From NCBI GenBank assembly GCA_973895155.1, contig OZ316898.1, positions 1,649,927 to 1,713,926 of the forward strand: a stretch of 64,000 bases of DNA. Direction: 5' to 3'. The notes under the pieces are model-generated. The model saw only the letters and a list, made by a program, of their open reading frames with translations, was not told the origin of the DNA and made no database searches. The position numbers and the translations under genes are program-made. Source of the stretch: Marsupella aquatica (Eukaryota; Plantae; Marchantiophyta). Shown piece after piece: positions 1-14,165 of this stretch; positions within the stretch are counted from its first letter, which is position 1, and each line of letters opens with the position of its first letter.

Positions 1-1310
1 ATGGTATATTTGCAAGTATAAAAAATATGGCTATTGTCAATTAGAACATCTTGTCAATGACAAAGTACTTAAAAGTTTTCATTTCTGGCACCTAAAACAG
101 TAACCACAGCCTCTCTTCCCAAAGGATAAAAAATACACACCGCACAGCAACCAAAACAGAAATGACTAATACGGCCTACTGAAAAGCCAATTAATAACAA
201 ACCACCCAAAAACTACCTCGCACCTGACAAAATGGAAAGTGGTCAAACTTTTTAGGATAAAACTATTCAAAATGGAAAAAAAATACTTCCTTGTTCCTTT
301 GAGGCACTGACACAGTGACACATCCTCACTAATGATGGAGTGTAGACTATACATGTATAGCTTGAGCTTCATATACCCGATGTACTCTACTTTAGACACT
401 TATTCACATGCATTCATTTAACCTTATAAACTTGTCTCATTTTGAGATGATTCACGGCCCAAGAAACTCAGGGATAAATCTGAACGCTCTCATAGACTCA
501 GAAAAATCAATTTAAGTCAGGGATAAATCTGAAGGCTCTCATAGACTCTTGAGAAAAGTACAATTGTAAATGGCCCACCCACCATTTTTCATGGCACGAT
601 TAAATATTATAGTGATTGATTATCTTGGGTTAAATGCTTCGTTGATAGGGAGAGTACCATAGTACTGTCTATTTGTACATCTTATCTTCCAGATAGAAAT
701 AATTACTACTGTATGGCGTGTAAGCTGTACTTTATATAACTTGCACTTTATGTATAGTGTCGTACGAGTGTAATGTATTGCACTCTCTTCTAATTTGACC
801 CTATTCATTTTTTTTTATAGTACCCAAACAAATAATTGCCTGGTTGTACCTGTTTCTTGCTATGCTTGAGTGCATTGCAAGCATTCCATGGGGTGCCATT
901 TTTTTTATATGTGAAACACCCTACTATAATATGTTATCCTGCTCCTTTTCACTTTTTTCTGCCTACCAAATATCAATCATTCTAAAGAAGCAAGACTTAC
1001 TCGGGGACTTACTCATTGTGTCCATTAAATTCAAATGAGTTTATTAGGAGTTTCTGGTAAATAAACTAGCCAGTCCTGGACCACCGTTTGAGAGAATGAG
1101 CATGTAGTCACCCACCATCCATCTTAGTCGCTCATCGCCCCTTGGGACATGGGTCATACCTCCTCCCTTGCTACAAAAGTTTTACTCCTCCCTCCCTAGG
1201 ATTGTGCCAACCTGACATCACCCCTTCCTGGATCGTGCCAACTTACCTTAGGCCCTTGCCCATAAATTTAGTACAAAGGTAAAAGTAAATTAGGAGGCTG
1301 CACACTGTAC

Positions 1311-1747
1311 TAGGGTGTCTCAAATAAGTCCATTTTTGTGTTTTGACTGCACCCCTACATGTTGTGACTGGGACAATAATCATACCGGCAATATGACTAG
1401 TTAGGGACCAATTGTGAGGACGGACCAGTCATGCCCGGGACCATAAAAGACCCTTATTTCACAGTTCACTCATTTTTCCATACCCAAAACACAATTGTCC
1501 GTTTGTACCCTGTTGCCCATTTGTACCCTGTTGCGATCCCTACTGCCTAGTGGGTATGCCAATTTTTTTTGTTCGCCGGCTACTCTATTGTGTTTCCTGC
1601 AGAATTGGGGTTTGGTACAGTTGGGGGTGTGACGGGTCATGACTGGTTGGGTCTCAAATCTGTGGCGGACCAATCATGACCAATGTCACAAACCACAATA
1701 GTTCTATAGGACAAAACAGGAAAAATAAGCCTATTTGAGACACCCTA
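1311..1747. mobile_element. MITE-like non-autonomous DNA element (~437 bp)
   Basis: 16-bp terminal inverted repeats TAGGGTGTCTCAAATA (1311) and TATTTGAGACACCCTA (ends 1747), subterminal inverted motifs, no coding capacity. TA termini suggest the Tc1/mariner class. Confidence 0.65.
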
Positions 1748-2833
1748 TAAAGATAGAGGCCATAGAGGCGAATATTAAACCTGATTAGAGTCTGAATCGT
1801 TACAGGAAACACACTTAGAGACTGCCATGACGGGCGAGGAGCCACTGGCACGGGCTTTTTATTAGGGCCGGTGGCCCCACGCGACGTGCGATGGGCGACG
1901 GGGCGAGAGGATCTGACGAGAAGACACGGAGGAGGGCGGTCAGGCTGTCCCTCATGGTTTTTAAAGGCCAGTCGACAGTCGAGCCCTCGTGAAAATTTTG
2001 GGCAGGCGCCCTGTCACCCTGGAAGTGCCCGAAACGCCCCTAAACTGCCCGAAGGGCGAAAGCCATTCGCCCATTCCTGCCCTGATTAGTACGATCGGAG
2101 GCATTTAATTTTGCCTCCATTCTGCCTCTCGTGCTTAATCTCCCAACGCGGAAGGGATGGGATATTGTCAGATGCGATTTGTGTACCACCGTCTTCAATT
2201 AATGAAAATGTCCCTGCACATGAGTGACGTTTGACAGGTAGTACTGATAGTAGACTCTGATAGTCTGATCGATGGGCTTGAGTTTCAGGAAAATAAATGC
2301 TGGCACAACTTCTGATGGGCATGCAAAAGCTCGTCGGAATCTGCTGCTACTGTCCACTGCAGCTTAAGAATACAGACTCTTGGAAATACTGTATATGGTT
2401 GGTTTCCGACTGTAAAGGTGCTCTAGGAACGAATTATGCACGACGTACCTATGTCCTATGACCATGTACAGTTGAACGGTAACAATTGGCGTTCATAGTT
2501 TGGAACGATTGCTTCAACATTTCACAGCATACGTCCATTCTTAGTGCAAACATAGTTCTCTCGCTGCATAGTGGTGTCGGGTATCACAAACGACTTTTTT
2601 TGATGTCTGTTGTGTGTTCCATTCGTATGGTCGTTTCAGCATATTGATTCAACCACATACTTTGTCGGGACTGGATGTAGCCCCTCATCTCGAATATCCA
2701 ACGCAAACCGTTTATGGAGGATTGCTGAATATTAACTCGCTGACGAGTACAAGGTCTGCTGCAGAGGTTCTCTTCTGCTTAGTAGGTCTGTGGAGCCTAG
2801 ATATCTTGGGCAAGATTGAAAGGAATGCACACG

Positions 2834-5800
2834 ATGGCTTTTTCGACACAGCTTCTCTGGACAATTGGTGCTGCAGCAGTAGTCTGCGCTGTGTTAAGGC
2901 TGTCGCAAGCTTTGACGCAAAGATCTGGGGGTGCGGATGTGGATCGCAATTATAGAGTGAGGGGTTTGCCGCTTGTGGGTGTAGTCCCATATCTCATGAG
3001 CAACTTCTCTCGGATCCACGAGTGGCTCGTCACATACTTGGAGAAGCACCACACAGTCACGTTCCATATGCTCGGTACTCAAGAATGCTATTTCACTTGT
3101 GACATAGAAAATGTCAAGTATATGTTGAAGACGAACTTCGACAATTTTAACAAGGTGTCGCAATGGCATTGTTATTCCACCAACCTGCGTTCCATTTGAT
3201 AGGACTTACGTAGGAGATCCTTGTGTGAAGATTCTTGTTGGCAGAGTATCCTGTGTCATTTTGCAGATGACATCGATGGATGCTGATGCTCCCGTTAAGT
3301 TGGACTCAATTTGGCTCCCCAGAGTTTGATTATATGTGAGCTTGGATTAACTCAACACTCGCGTGACTGCATGTACCTAATCGATGTAAACGGCAATCAG
3401 GGAGGAATGTTTTATGAACGTTTTCATATTTTGCTGGGAGATGGGGTTTTCAATACCGACGGGGACATGTGGAAGCTGCAGAGGAAGACCGTAATGCCGG
3501 AGTTTACTTCTCGTAATCTGCGTGAGTTTTATGCCGCCGCATACACGGAGGCAGCCCTAAAGCTCTCTTGTCTCCTTGACGAGATCAACCATCAGGGCGT
3601 CTCCGTTGATTTGCAGGTGAAGCTTCATTTGCTATATAGCTACTGAAGCTGACAAGCAGCCCTTAGATACTTGGCGTTCACAGTGAACGATTCCACACCG
3701 GTGCAAAGAAAAGTTTGATCATGAGATGCTAAAGAACAACTTTCGATAGCGCAAACATGCCAAGTGAATATATGAACTCCAGTACTAAACTCTATGGCTT
3801 ACAGAGTACTAGAGCGATTTGACGAATGTACTTGAGCATTCAATTTAGCGGTATGCATGGCAATTGCATTTGCATTGTTGTCGCTTCAACTATCGCAGCT
3901 CGTTGTAATGTCAAAACATTTGGCTAAACCTCCAGCTCCAACGGAGCTCATTGAGTAGCACTACAAAATTTCTCCAATGATATTCTTTTCGTGCGTCCTG
4001 GAGCTCTAACAGCATTCGGCTGAAACAGGACTTATTTTTAAGGATGACCTTGGAAGCCATCGGGAAAGTTGGATTCGGAGTGGAGATCGGCTGCCTCCCG
4101 TGGCAACTCCCGCTTCCAGAAAATGCCTTCGCAAAGGCTTTTGACTCTGCCGGTGAAACGGTCTCCAAGAGATTTGTTGATTCCTTGTGGAAGGTGAAAC
4201 GATTTCTGAAAGTGGGTCTCGAGGGTGAGCTCTTGCACCACATCGACGTGATTGACTCTTTCACCTATGGAGTCATTGCCCAGAGGAAGCTCGAGATCTC
4301 CCCTTCTTCAAGAGATCAGCAATCAAACGGAGTTCCTCAGGAGGTATGATACTTCCGGACTCTTTAAGTATATTGAGGATGACGAACCTTATCGTGTGCT
4401 TGACCTCATCACACAACCGTTATGGAATTGGAAGGTCTTACGCTGTTACCGTACGTACAGGTCTCTTTGTGCAGCAAAGTCGGGGCTAAGTGTGTGACGA
4501 CCTACGATCTTTGTATCGCACTCATACATGCGGTTTGGATTAATTTGTTTGGAGCAATATTTCAGGAACAAAAGTTAGATATCATGACAAGATTCCTCAA
4601 GCTCGCCGAAGATGAGAAAAATGGTGTTGACTGCAAGCTGATCCGTGACATTTGCGTTAACTTCGTTATTGCTGGGAGAGACACTACGGCGGTGACGCTT
4701 TCTTGGCTTGTTTATTCGCTCACGCAAAAACCAGAAATGGCACAACGGCTCCATGAAGAGCTGCGAAGTTTCGAAACCGGGAATGGAACTCCGAAGACTC
4801 CTGCAGAGCAAACACCACCACAAACAGCAGCACCAGCCGAAGTTGACAAGCAGATCGGAGAATTTGCGAAGTTGCTTACATTTGCTCATCTCAAGACTGA
4901 ACTACCATACCTCACAGCAGTAATTTCTGAGACCCTACGGCTTTACCCTGCAGTACCTCAGGTCAGCTGACTCTATTCTTGTTTTCTTGTCCGTCATGGG
5001 AGATTACTTCGATACTCGTATGTTTTGACTCGGATAAAAGTGTGTTTCGGCAGCAAAAACACAAATTTTTTAAAGTTTAAAGTGTTAACTCCAATGGATT
5101 AAAACACTTTGTTTTATTTAGCTGGATCTAGATGATTGATTACCTCTCTCCAGATAAGTTATTTTGCTTTCTCGTATAGTTTTTCGTGAATTAGCTTCTA
5201 AAGGTTCTTTGATAGGCATAAACAAATCGTGTTGGTAGCCAATAAAAGAAAAGGTTAGCTCTTCCAGGAGTACCTATATATAGGTCTTCCTCCACTGCCT
5301 CCCAACCTGCCAAGTATACGAGGTGCTCATAAAATGAAATACGTTTTTCCTTGGTCCCAAGGGCCGAAGGCCGGAAATAGCTTGACGATTTCCGCACACG
5401 ATACTGGTAAGAAGGACGGAAGGCCGGAAGTAATTCATTGAGACCCATATGTGTATCTCAGAATTTTCAAAGGTGATCACACTTGACTAGATGCCACGTT
5501 GTTCATTTGTGTGTAGATCTTGAAGGCCGTAAAGGAAAATGATGTCCTTCCCGACGGAACCCGCGTGAATAAGGGAATGATCATTGGCTTCTCGCCATAC
5601 TGTATGGGGCGCATGACCTACATCTGGGGTCCGGATGCGAAGGAGTTTAAACCAGAAAGATGGCTTCACAACGGCAAATTCGTGATGGAATCAGAATTTA
5701 AGCTCACCGCCTTCCAGGTAGAGGATTTTCCATGCAATTGTTTTCTTACTGTCGTGATTATGTCAAATGTTTCGTTTTTGAGTGAGCTGACTAGAATTTG

Positions 5801-6602
5801 TGGAGTTTAGGGTTTAGGGCCTTGAATGCTCGACGTGCAACCTTCTTCTGAATTTTCATCGTGATGTCAAGCAAAGTTTTTTTCTGTGAGCAGACTACCA
5901 ATATATGTCCTTTCCCATGCATGAGGGCAAGTCCTCCTGATTCCATTGCCAATTTCCCGTCATGAACTCCAATATTTCGTTATCCGTCGAATCTCCCATG
6001 AGTTAAAACTTAATTTGCTAGTGTTGTGTTGCATGTCACCCGCGAGATCATGAAATGTAAATGATGTCTTTCCTGTCAAGGGACGCCTGCAATTCGTCCT
6101 TTCTTCGACAGTTGTCTTTTTTAATATGTCGAGTCAGTTGATGTCTTTTTTAATATGTAGAGTCCGTTGCTACCTTCAATTTGTTGTTGTGGAATGTCCA
6201 ACGCGTTCGAGACCGAACCGGTTCAGAAACCCAGGAAGAAGTTTAGGTCTGGATGAAACCCATGGAGAAAACACGGCAACTGGAAACCGAGCACCAGGGC
6301 GTTGCAACCAGGGAACCGAGAACTTATTAGCAAATGAAAAATTTGCCTTGGATGCGATGTGGTTCATGAAATGATGCATGTGGCTTGTACTAACGCAGGC
6401 GGGTGCACGAATGTGCATGGGGAGGGACTCTGCGTACACCCAAATGAAGATAACTGCAGCCATTCTGTACCGATTCTTTCAGTTCCAGCTGGTGGAAGAC
6501 CACCCTGTGGAGTATACACCAAAGAGTGTCTTGGTCATGGCTAACGGCCTCAAGGTCAATGTCCGGAGGCGAGTAGCGAGGAATGATGATAAGTCACGAT
6601 AA
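2834..6602 (+). CDS. Cytochrome P450, CYP86 clan, CYP704B-like (putative fatty-acid omega-hydroxylase), copy 1, ~550 aa
   Basis: Six GT-AG exons join in frame: 2834-3154, 3401-3616, 4029-4343, 4566-4961, 5517-5717, 6399-6602. Has an N-terminal membrane anchor, I-helix AGRDTT, ETLR, PERW and heme motif FQAGARMCMG. MTLEAIGKVGFGVEIG...PENAFAKAFD resembles CYP704B. An alternative ATG lies at 2825. Confidence 0.9.
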
Positions 6603-7606
6603 TCCGAATTCGTTTCTAGGTATTCCTCAAATAAAAACTTAGAATTGTTTAGTTTGTGTCACAAAATGTTGACAGAAAGCGAACTTCGTGCTTGCCGCAC
6701 ATGGTAATATATGTATATCCATCGACAGAATTCGATTAGGAAGTCGGAATGGTGTAAGTGAGCAGACCAATTTTGCACTATTAGTTCCGGCAGTATTGTG
6801 TTAGTGAATTACACGATTATGAAAATGAGAATTCACGTTATAGACAATAGCGGGTCCGCCAACATAGGGAGCCATTGTTAGACTCGGGGCCACAAAACCA
6901 TGTTAATTTTTATGGTAAACTCAATATTTTATAGGAGACCTACTGTAAGTGAACTCTGTTGACCTGAAGTTTGTTGAGTGTGGTTTACGAAACTGAAGCT
7001 ACCTGTTTTGAAAAGTGACAACTTTCTGAACATCTCCAACACTGAATACTATATACCCAAAAATTATATAGTCACAAACCACAATCTACAAGGGCACTTA
7101 ACTTATTTAACTTATTTCTCAGTTTGCAGATACTTTCACTTTAGTCAGAATGTTACTTATTTGAAGAGGATACGTATGTAGCTTAGTTTTAGTTCTAACT
7201 TTAATCTAGATAGCTAAGAAATGCACTAAAGTGTGGAATGGTGTACGGGATTGGTAACAAGACCTGACCTTAATGCAATTGAAGGTCTAAGAGATTTTTA
7301 ATTTAAGTAATTTCTCGAGTAGTTTAGTTAAGTAACAGGATTAGTAACATGACCTTAATGCACTTGACGGTCTAAGAGATTTTAACTTTTAGTACGTGCA
7401 TATAGTGTTCGCCCAAATCTTGAGTGACTGCATTCTTCTCCAGTACTGCCCTCAAAATTACAAAGTAGTATTTATCAAAGCCCGGTAGATCTTACTGAAC
7501 TTTCCTTTACTAGTAATTCGGCTAGCCATGTATGTTGATGGAAAGCCGTATCGCATCGGAAGTTCACTTGGAAAAATTACATTTTATAAAATCAAGTACA
7601 ACTGCA

Positions 7607-10600
7607 CTACGATGGTCTAGATGTAGACTGAGAAGTAGAGGGAGAAAGCCTTGATGGATGTCTTAGCCACACTAAAGTTCGTTGATCGACCCCTGCAGTA
7701 GGCTTACTTATTCTTAGGAGGTCCGTGAGCACCTCATTCAAACTGGGGCGTTCTTCGGGTCTTGTGGCGAGACATCTGCTAGCTACACTGAACAAGCTTC
7801 CAATCTGATTGAAGGCCTCTGTCGATATGTGGTTACCCAGCGTGGGATCTAGCATGTCTTCCATACCACATTCCATCTCCGAGCACTGATCGAACCAATT
7901 CACAATGGTCATGCCATTTGGGGCTTTCATCGGCCTGCCAGAAAGTAACTCTAGCAGCACCACGCCAAGGTCATAGACGTCTGTGCCGTCCGTGCAACTA
8001 CTAGACAATATTTGTTCTGGAGGACAAATATCAAGTATATGTTAGTCACTATCTGGAAATATATATGGGACAATTTCAAGGCTGCAGATGATAATGAGAG
8101 GCAGAGCGATTCTTTAAACCTCAAATGGTATCTATATGTCAAGACCTCCTATCGCGCTCATCAGAGCTGATTGATTCATCGTAGAAGATTTAGACTTCGA
8201 CCAGACGTAAATTATACAATACACCATAGATCATGCTTGTGTGCTGTCCACATAGAAGCATAGCGGCAGATAAATGTATGGTACAATAAAAAACTGGAAC
8301 CTTCACATCAAATTAGCGTAGACAGACAACGTACGTACCTGTTGACGATGAGGCCCGTGAAGATTCTGCTCTTACAAGCTCAAGCTCCGAGAGGTCTACT
8401 CTTGCTAACAAGTAGGCCTTCATGCCCAGGTCTAGAACGACTTCAGAAGACGTTATCTTGTAGTGCAGGGGAGTAGAATATGTGGGCTGGTTCTCATGAA
8501 GGTAATGCAAGGCACGGACGATGCCCAAGGCAATATCAAATCGACAACCCCATTTGTGGGGACGTTTACTCAACCTACCCGACTGGAGAGCTTCGCTAAG
8601 ATTGCCCCCAGCCATATGCTCGTAAAGAACTGCGACAAGGCTGTTGTCAATGTCGTCTAAGCAGTACCCCAACACCTTCACAATATGTGGATGCTTACTC
8701 TGGCCAAGCTTCCTCAACACGATGGACAGATTCTCCCCATTCACTGGACTGAGTTGTCTTTCCACCACAAATTCGAGTCCATTCTTCGTGACTCCAGCAT
8801 ACATCTCCGCTGACCGTGCTAGGCCAATAAGCTTATAAGGAGCACAAGTTTTCCGAACTTCATCCTCTGCTAGATCCAACTCTGGAACAAGAGATACAAG
8901 CTTCCAATTCCCACTAGGAGGCTGCCATCTTTGAAAGAGCGGTGTAGATGTCGGTGATAATGAATTATGTGGAAACGAAACAGCTTCTATGCCTTCATCT
9001 CGCTCGTCCAAGATAATGTTTACGTCACCACGGTGAAAAACCCTCATATCTTCTTCTCCTTGCACTCCAATCAACTCAATCTCTGGATGCCAAATGGATA
9101 CTTCCCTTTCCTCAGTAAACGGTTCACCAGCTCTGTTTACACGGGCTCCGTCTCCTGGAGTATTTTCTTTCATGTCTTGAAAAGTTCCCAAGTTCCTTCC
9201 TTGCCACCAAAATGCTATAGCAAAAAGCAGGACAGACAATCCTACCAGAACTCCTGTCAGTATTTTGAGGTGTATCGAAGTTGACTCCTTGGCGCACACT
9301 GGTAGGTAAAATTTACGGAGGCCACCACAAAGATACTTGTTACCTGCCAAGGAAATATTGCTGATCGTATTGAACATTCCCTCCACTGGTACAGGTCCAG
9401 AAAAGTTGTTGTAAGAGAGGTCTAGATACCGCAATGAGGAACAATTGGCGAGTGCCATGGGTATCGACCCATTCAATAGGTTATGTGACAAGTCCAAGTC
9501 TTCCATTGCTGGCAAGCCGCAAAACTCTACAGGAATAATCCCGGTGAGACCATTCCAGCTTAGATTGATCACTTGAAGCTGTCTGCTATTGCTGATTTGC
9601 TGCGGGATGGAACCCGAGAAATTGTTCCCCTCCAGATTCAATTGGCTTAACTCGGTACAGTCACCAAGGTGTGGAGGAATATCCCCTGAGAGATTGTTGT
9701 GGGACACATCTAGCTTCCCGAGGTTTGGGATGAGTCCGATGCTTTCTGGCAAAGTGCTAATAAATTGATTGTTTTGGAGGTATAGCTCCACCAAACTAGC
9801 AGATGCGTTGGAGAATAATGCGGATTCCAGCGACCCGCTCATTTTGTTTGATGATACGTCCAAATAGTTTAGTAACGGAAGGGCTCCGATTCCGTCTAGG
9901 GTCCCCAAAAGACCGTTGTTGGCCACGCTGACTCTCTGCAAGCTCGAGCATGATTGTAGATCCACAGGGACAGAATCGCTGAGAAAGTTGGAGGAGAGAT
10001 CAAGAACGGAGAGGCCCCCGGAACTACACAAACCATGAGGTATATAGTCCACGAGTTGATTGGATGAGAGGTCTAAAGTTGAAATATTGGAGTGGACCCC
10101 GAATCCCTCTGGAATGCTACCTGTCAACTTGTTTCGTGAGAGGGAAAGAACTTGCAGCCCAGGGAGGGTAGACAGCGTTGGTGGGATTTGGCCGACAAGC
10201 TCATTCTTAGTCAGATTGAGTACTTCCAAACTCTTCATACTGCCGATCGTCTGCGGAATGCTGCCTTTGAGAGAGTTAACACTAATGTCCAAAGTGACCA
10301 GACCAATAGCACTCCCGATGGTTGCTGGTAAAGCTCCGTTGAGATAGTTGCCGAAGAGATAGACTTCCTCCAAACGTTCAAGATTCCACAGCGTGCTCGG
10401 AATTGGTCCAATTAGATTATTCTCCGCCAAGTTCAGATATTGCAAAGATATCATGCCTAGCATTGGTGGGACCTGACCTACCAGATTATTGTATCCGAAG
10501 TGCATCCTCCTTAGTCTCCATAGCTGGCTCAACTGAGGTGGAATGAATCCTGTCAACTCATTCCCGCCCAGAGATAGTGAAGTTAACGTGGTGATGTTGC

Positions 10601-11842
10601 CTATGCCAGAAGGGATGGTACCATTCAAAGCACAGCCTTCAAAGTTTAGAATTGAAAGCTGAGGGAACATGCCTATAAAGTCTGGCAGGCTGACGAACGA
10701 GTTATATGAGAAGTCCATAACACGAAGCTGCCTGAGCTGCGAGAGGCAAGACGGAATAGGGCCTGCGAATGAATTGCGATGCAAACCGAAAACTTGTAGA
10801 TACTCGCATGAACAAATTTCTGGAGGAAGCTCCCCTGCAAGAAACAAATCAGAGCCAACATCATTATTCCGGTGTACGGGAAGTAAAGCTTCCTCGTGCA
10901 CACTCCATCCAACGCAACACGTGACAACCTAAAAAATCATACATCTGAAGTGACGACTATCTACTCTTGACTTATTGGTAGAAGCCAACAATCGAAGTAA
11001 ATTCTTACAGGTTTCAACCGACAACGAATTGAGAAAATCAGCGCTACTCAGATCGGAGTCAAATTGTTGGTCTAGGTTATGAGTCGATAATATGCGTCCA
11101 GCAAAAAATCAACTCACGCGCGTGACACGGCTTAAACTGCTATTTTGTGAATTTTCGAACGATCGCAGAGAGGTGTACATGCCACCGTGACATGTTGTGC
11201 ACGGCGAATCAGACAAAGAACATTGAACTAGTTTTAGAAATGGAGTGCAAACTACGAAAGTCTAACTCAATTACACTCAAATACATGGCTCGATCGGACA
11301 CAAAGCATATGATCAGTGTCAAGCTTATCCAGGACGTAGCTGCAGCATAATTTGAGGACAGAACTACGACCCAAAAACTTGTACGATAAAAATATCAGAT
11401 CCAAACGACTAGACCATTAGAAGAAAGCTAACGATTTGAGCCAAATGTGAAACCTGCGTATTAAAAAACTGTGAAATCGGACGCATATGCTCATGCGCTA
11501 CTCACCACTGAAATTATTATTCGATATATTGAAGACTCTCAGCATTTGCAGCTCACCCAAGACTGGGCTCAAAGCTCCTGATAAGCCCATGTTGGAGAGG
11601 TCGATCTGGAATACTTGTAAAAAACCGTTACACCTTATACCAGTCCAATCACAAGGAGAAACGTCTGAGGACACCCAGTTCTCGAGACTAGCCTGAGGAT
11701 CTTGAATCTGATTCAACCAGCCTTGCAGCGCGGCAGTTTCTCTTGGTGTGCCATGGCACCCGTTGCTGCCAATTTTCAACATCAGTGCCACCAGCAGTAA
11801 AACCAATGATTGAGTGGCTGCAGTAGCTATCCGCGGCGCCAT
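7607..11842 (-). CDS. LRR receptor-like kinase with a degenerate (pseudo)kinase domain, ~1080 aa
   Basis: Exons 11842-11506, 10834-8339 and 8016-7607 join in frame. Shows a signal peptide, an LRRNT cap (W..SPCDWTGIRC), ~20 plant-type LRRs (LxxLxLxxNxLxGxIP), a GNxxLCG cap, a TM helix (ILTGVLVGLSVLLFAIAFWW) and kinase-like motifs (HPHIVKVLGYC, YEHMAGGNL, TDVYDLGVVLLELLSGR, PEERPS). Confidence 0.88.
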
Positions 11843-13179
11843 GAGCGCTTTTCAATCGTTGAAGGTCAATCAGCTCTTTTCGTTTCAGATACGAAGAAGT
11901 TGGAAGTCTCGACGTTCTCCGAAGTGAGTGTTGACCACTCCAAAACTACGGGGCGATGACTCGTAGCACAAATTGTCAACCCTAAACTTGTGTACTGCTT
12001 GCGGCCCCGCTTGCTGCCGTAACAAACTCAGACATTTTGCGCTACTCACACAGTTCCACGTACTCTTGAAGTTAATGATGACGTTTTCCTGGAAACATTG
12101 ATGTCGGAGACACAGTGAGTTTTATGCACAAGCCGTTCAACTCATTAATCTGTCTGTTCTAAGTTCTTCCAATTAAAGTTTAACGAGTTCGACTTGCGAA
12201 TTGGTCGAAGAAATACTACTGTCTTTGAATCGTTCTCGCTGGCCTCCTGTGCATTTAACCAAAGCTCCAGCCTGAGCACTGACAAATATTTATCCCACTA
12301 CGCAACTCGTAAACCTAGGCAGAAACGCAAAGATAGACTGAATTGAAACAAGAAATTAACCTGGAACATTTTTTATTCGGAATACCGTCAAGTCTGCCAT
12401 CATTGATTTCAGGCAACGTTGTCTTCCGTCACAGGTGTTAAACGTCAGTTTTTGAATCCAAAGGTAGCTCCCAAAGACAGCGACAACGAGCCCCGCAACG
12501 AGCAGACGAGAGGAGCAATTGACGAAGTAACAACTGCAACAGAATTGAAGAAGCAAGTTAAATATAAGTAGCCAGAGAGAGAGGGAGGAGACTGCAGGGA
12601 GCCCTCAAAAACTGCGGACGGGAGTGTCTTGTATGGGTGAGCCAGCTCGTGAAAGCCAAGACTGACTGATGACGAAGGAAGTGCCGCAGCTGATGAAAAT
12701 GACTACTCGACGCATGATAAATAAAAGGTCGACGATTCGTGATGGCCAGACCGGTATCTCTAGCACCAAATCCGTCGCAAGGGGTTTCCCGTCACTCAGT
12801 GATATTTGCAGAGGGGCCCATGGACCAAACATTGCAGCAGAACTTAAGTTGCCTCACGGCGCGAAACGGCGGCCCGAAACTGAGGCTAGATGTAATTTAA
12901 AGGTTAAGTGGAGACGAGCGCACACCCGACGATCCATAAACCTCAAACACACAACCATTGACCTCCACGTCCCTTAATTTTTAAAAGGTTCTAAATAAAA
13001 CGGCACCCGACGATCTATAAAGTAACCTTTCACAGACCTCCATTGACGCAACTATGAAGACATCTACAGCGTAGCGACCAGATTATACACAGAGTAAGCT
13101 GGAAGGCACAGAAAGTACGTACTCCATCAAGGTGACTTATCAAAACAGTTCAGGTCTCCAGGAAACTTGCATTTGTCTC

Positions 13180-13361
13180 GACGCTTTATATGAGCTTCCT
13201 GTCATCGAATTCCTCGATTCAGGCATCTAGCTCGCCTCACTGCATCGAAATTCAGGAACGGGCGAATTTGACGCATTATATGAGCTTCCTGTCATCAAAT
13301 TCCTCGATTCAGGCATCTAGCTCGTCTCACTGCATCGAAATTCAGGAACGGGCGAATTTGA
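13180..13361. repeat. Tandem duplication, ~90-bp unit x2
   Basis: TATATGAGCTTCCTGTCATC...GGGCGAATTTGA occurs twice with a few substitutions. Confidence 0.9.
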
Positions 13362-13714
13362 GCTGCACCAGCACTTTTGAAGTGGGACGAATCGCTAGGA
13401 ACAGCGAATGAATTTCCAAATCTGCAAGGGGTACAAATGCACCTGAGCTAGTGACGAGCATATGATATGAATGGATTCAAGCTTCCAGCTTAGTGCGTGT
13501 TGCGCATGAGAAGAAACCAGTTGTCTCGCCCAATTCTCCGCGCTATGCGGTACACATGTCTTTGCCTCAAATCCCGCATTGAAAATGATATATTTTCGCG
13601 CGGCTGTCAAGCTTGAAACTGACGGCTATAGGTTACGTACACAGGCTGCTTTTGAGGAAGGACGCCTCTCTACAAAATCAAATTCGGTTCAAACCTGGTG
13701 GATGGGCTTTTCGG

Positions 13715-14165
13715 CTTTTTGGCTCTTGCATTTTTCGGGTGTTCTCCTTTTTTCTCCCCTTTTATTGCGCTTTGTTTGGCTCTTGCATGTTGTCTTGCAT
13801 TTTGAGGGTTTTCTCCTTTGTTCTCCCCCTTTATTGTGCTTTTTTGGCTCTTGCATTTTGCGGGTTTTCTCCTTTGCTCTCCCCCTTTATTGTGCTTTTT
13901 TGGCTTGTGCATATTATCTTGCATTTTGCGGGTTTTCTCTTTTGTTCTCCCCCTTTATTGTGCTTTTTTGGCTCTTGCATTTTGCGGGTTTTCTCCTTTG
14001 CTCTCCCCCTTTTGTTGTGCCTTTTTGGCTTGTGCATATTATCTTGCATTTTGCGGGTTTTCTCCTTTGTTCTCCCCCTTTACTGTGATTTTTGGCTCTT
14101 GCATTTTGTCTTGCATTAGCAGGTTTTCTCCTTTGTTCTGCCCCTTTATTGGGGTTTTTGCAAGG
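13715..14165. repeat. T-rich minisatellite (~55-75 bp degenerate units)
   Basis: Repeated GGCTCTTGCATTTTGCGGGTTTTCTCCTTTGTTCTCCCCCTTTATTGTGC. This repeat explains the hydrophobic ORFs called here. Confidence 0.85.

Noticed and set aside
1815-2090. Second MITE (GGGCGA-rich inverted ends)
   Set aside because: Termini are only loosely inverted and no TSD was found.
5805-5819. Interstitial telomere repeat (TTTAGGG)2
   Set aside because: Only two units, inside an intron; not informative.
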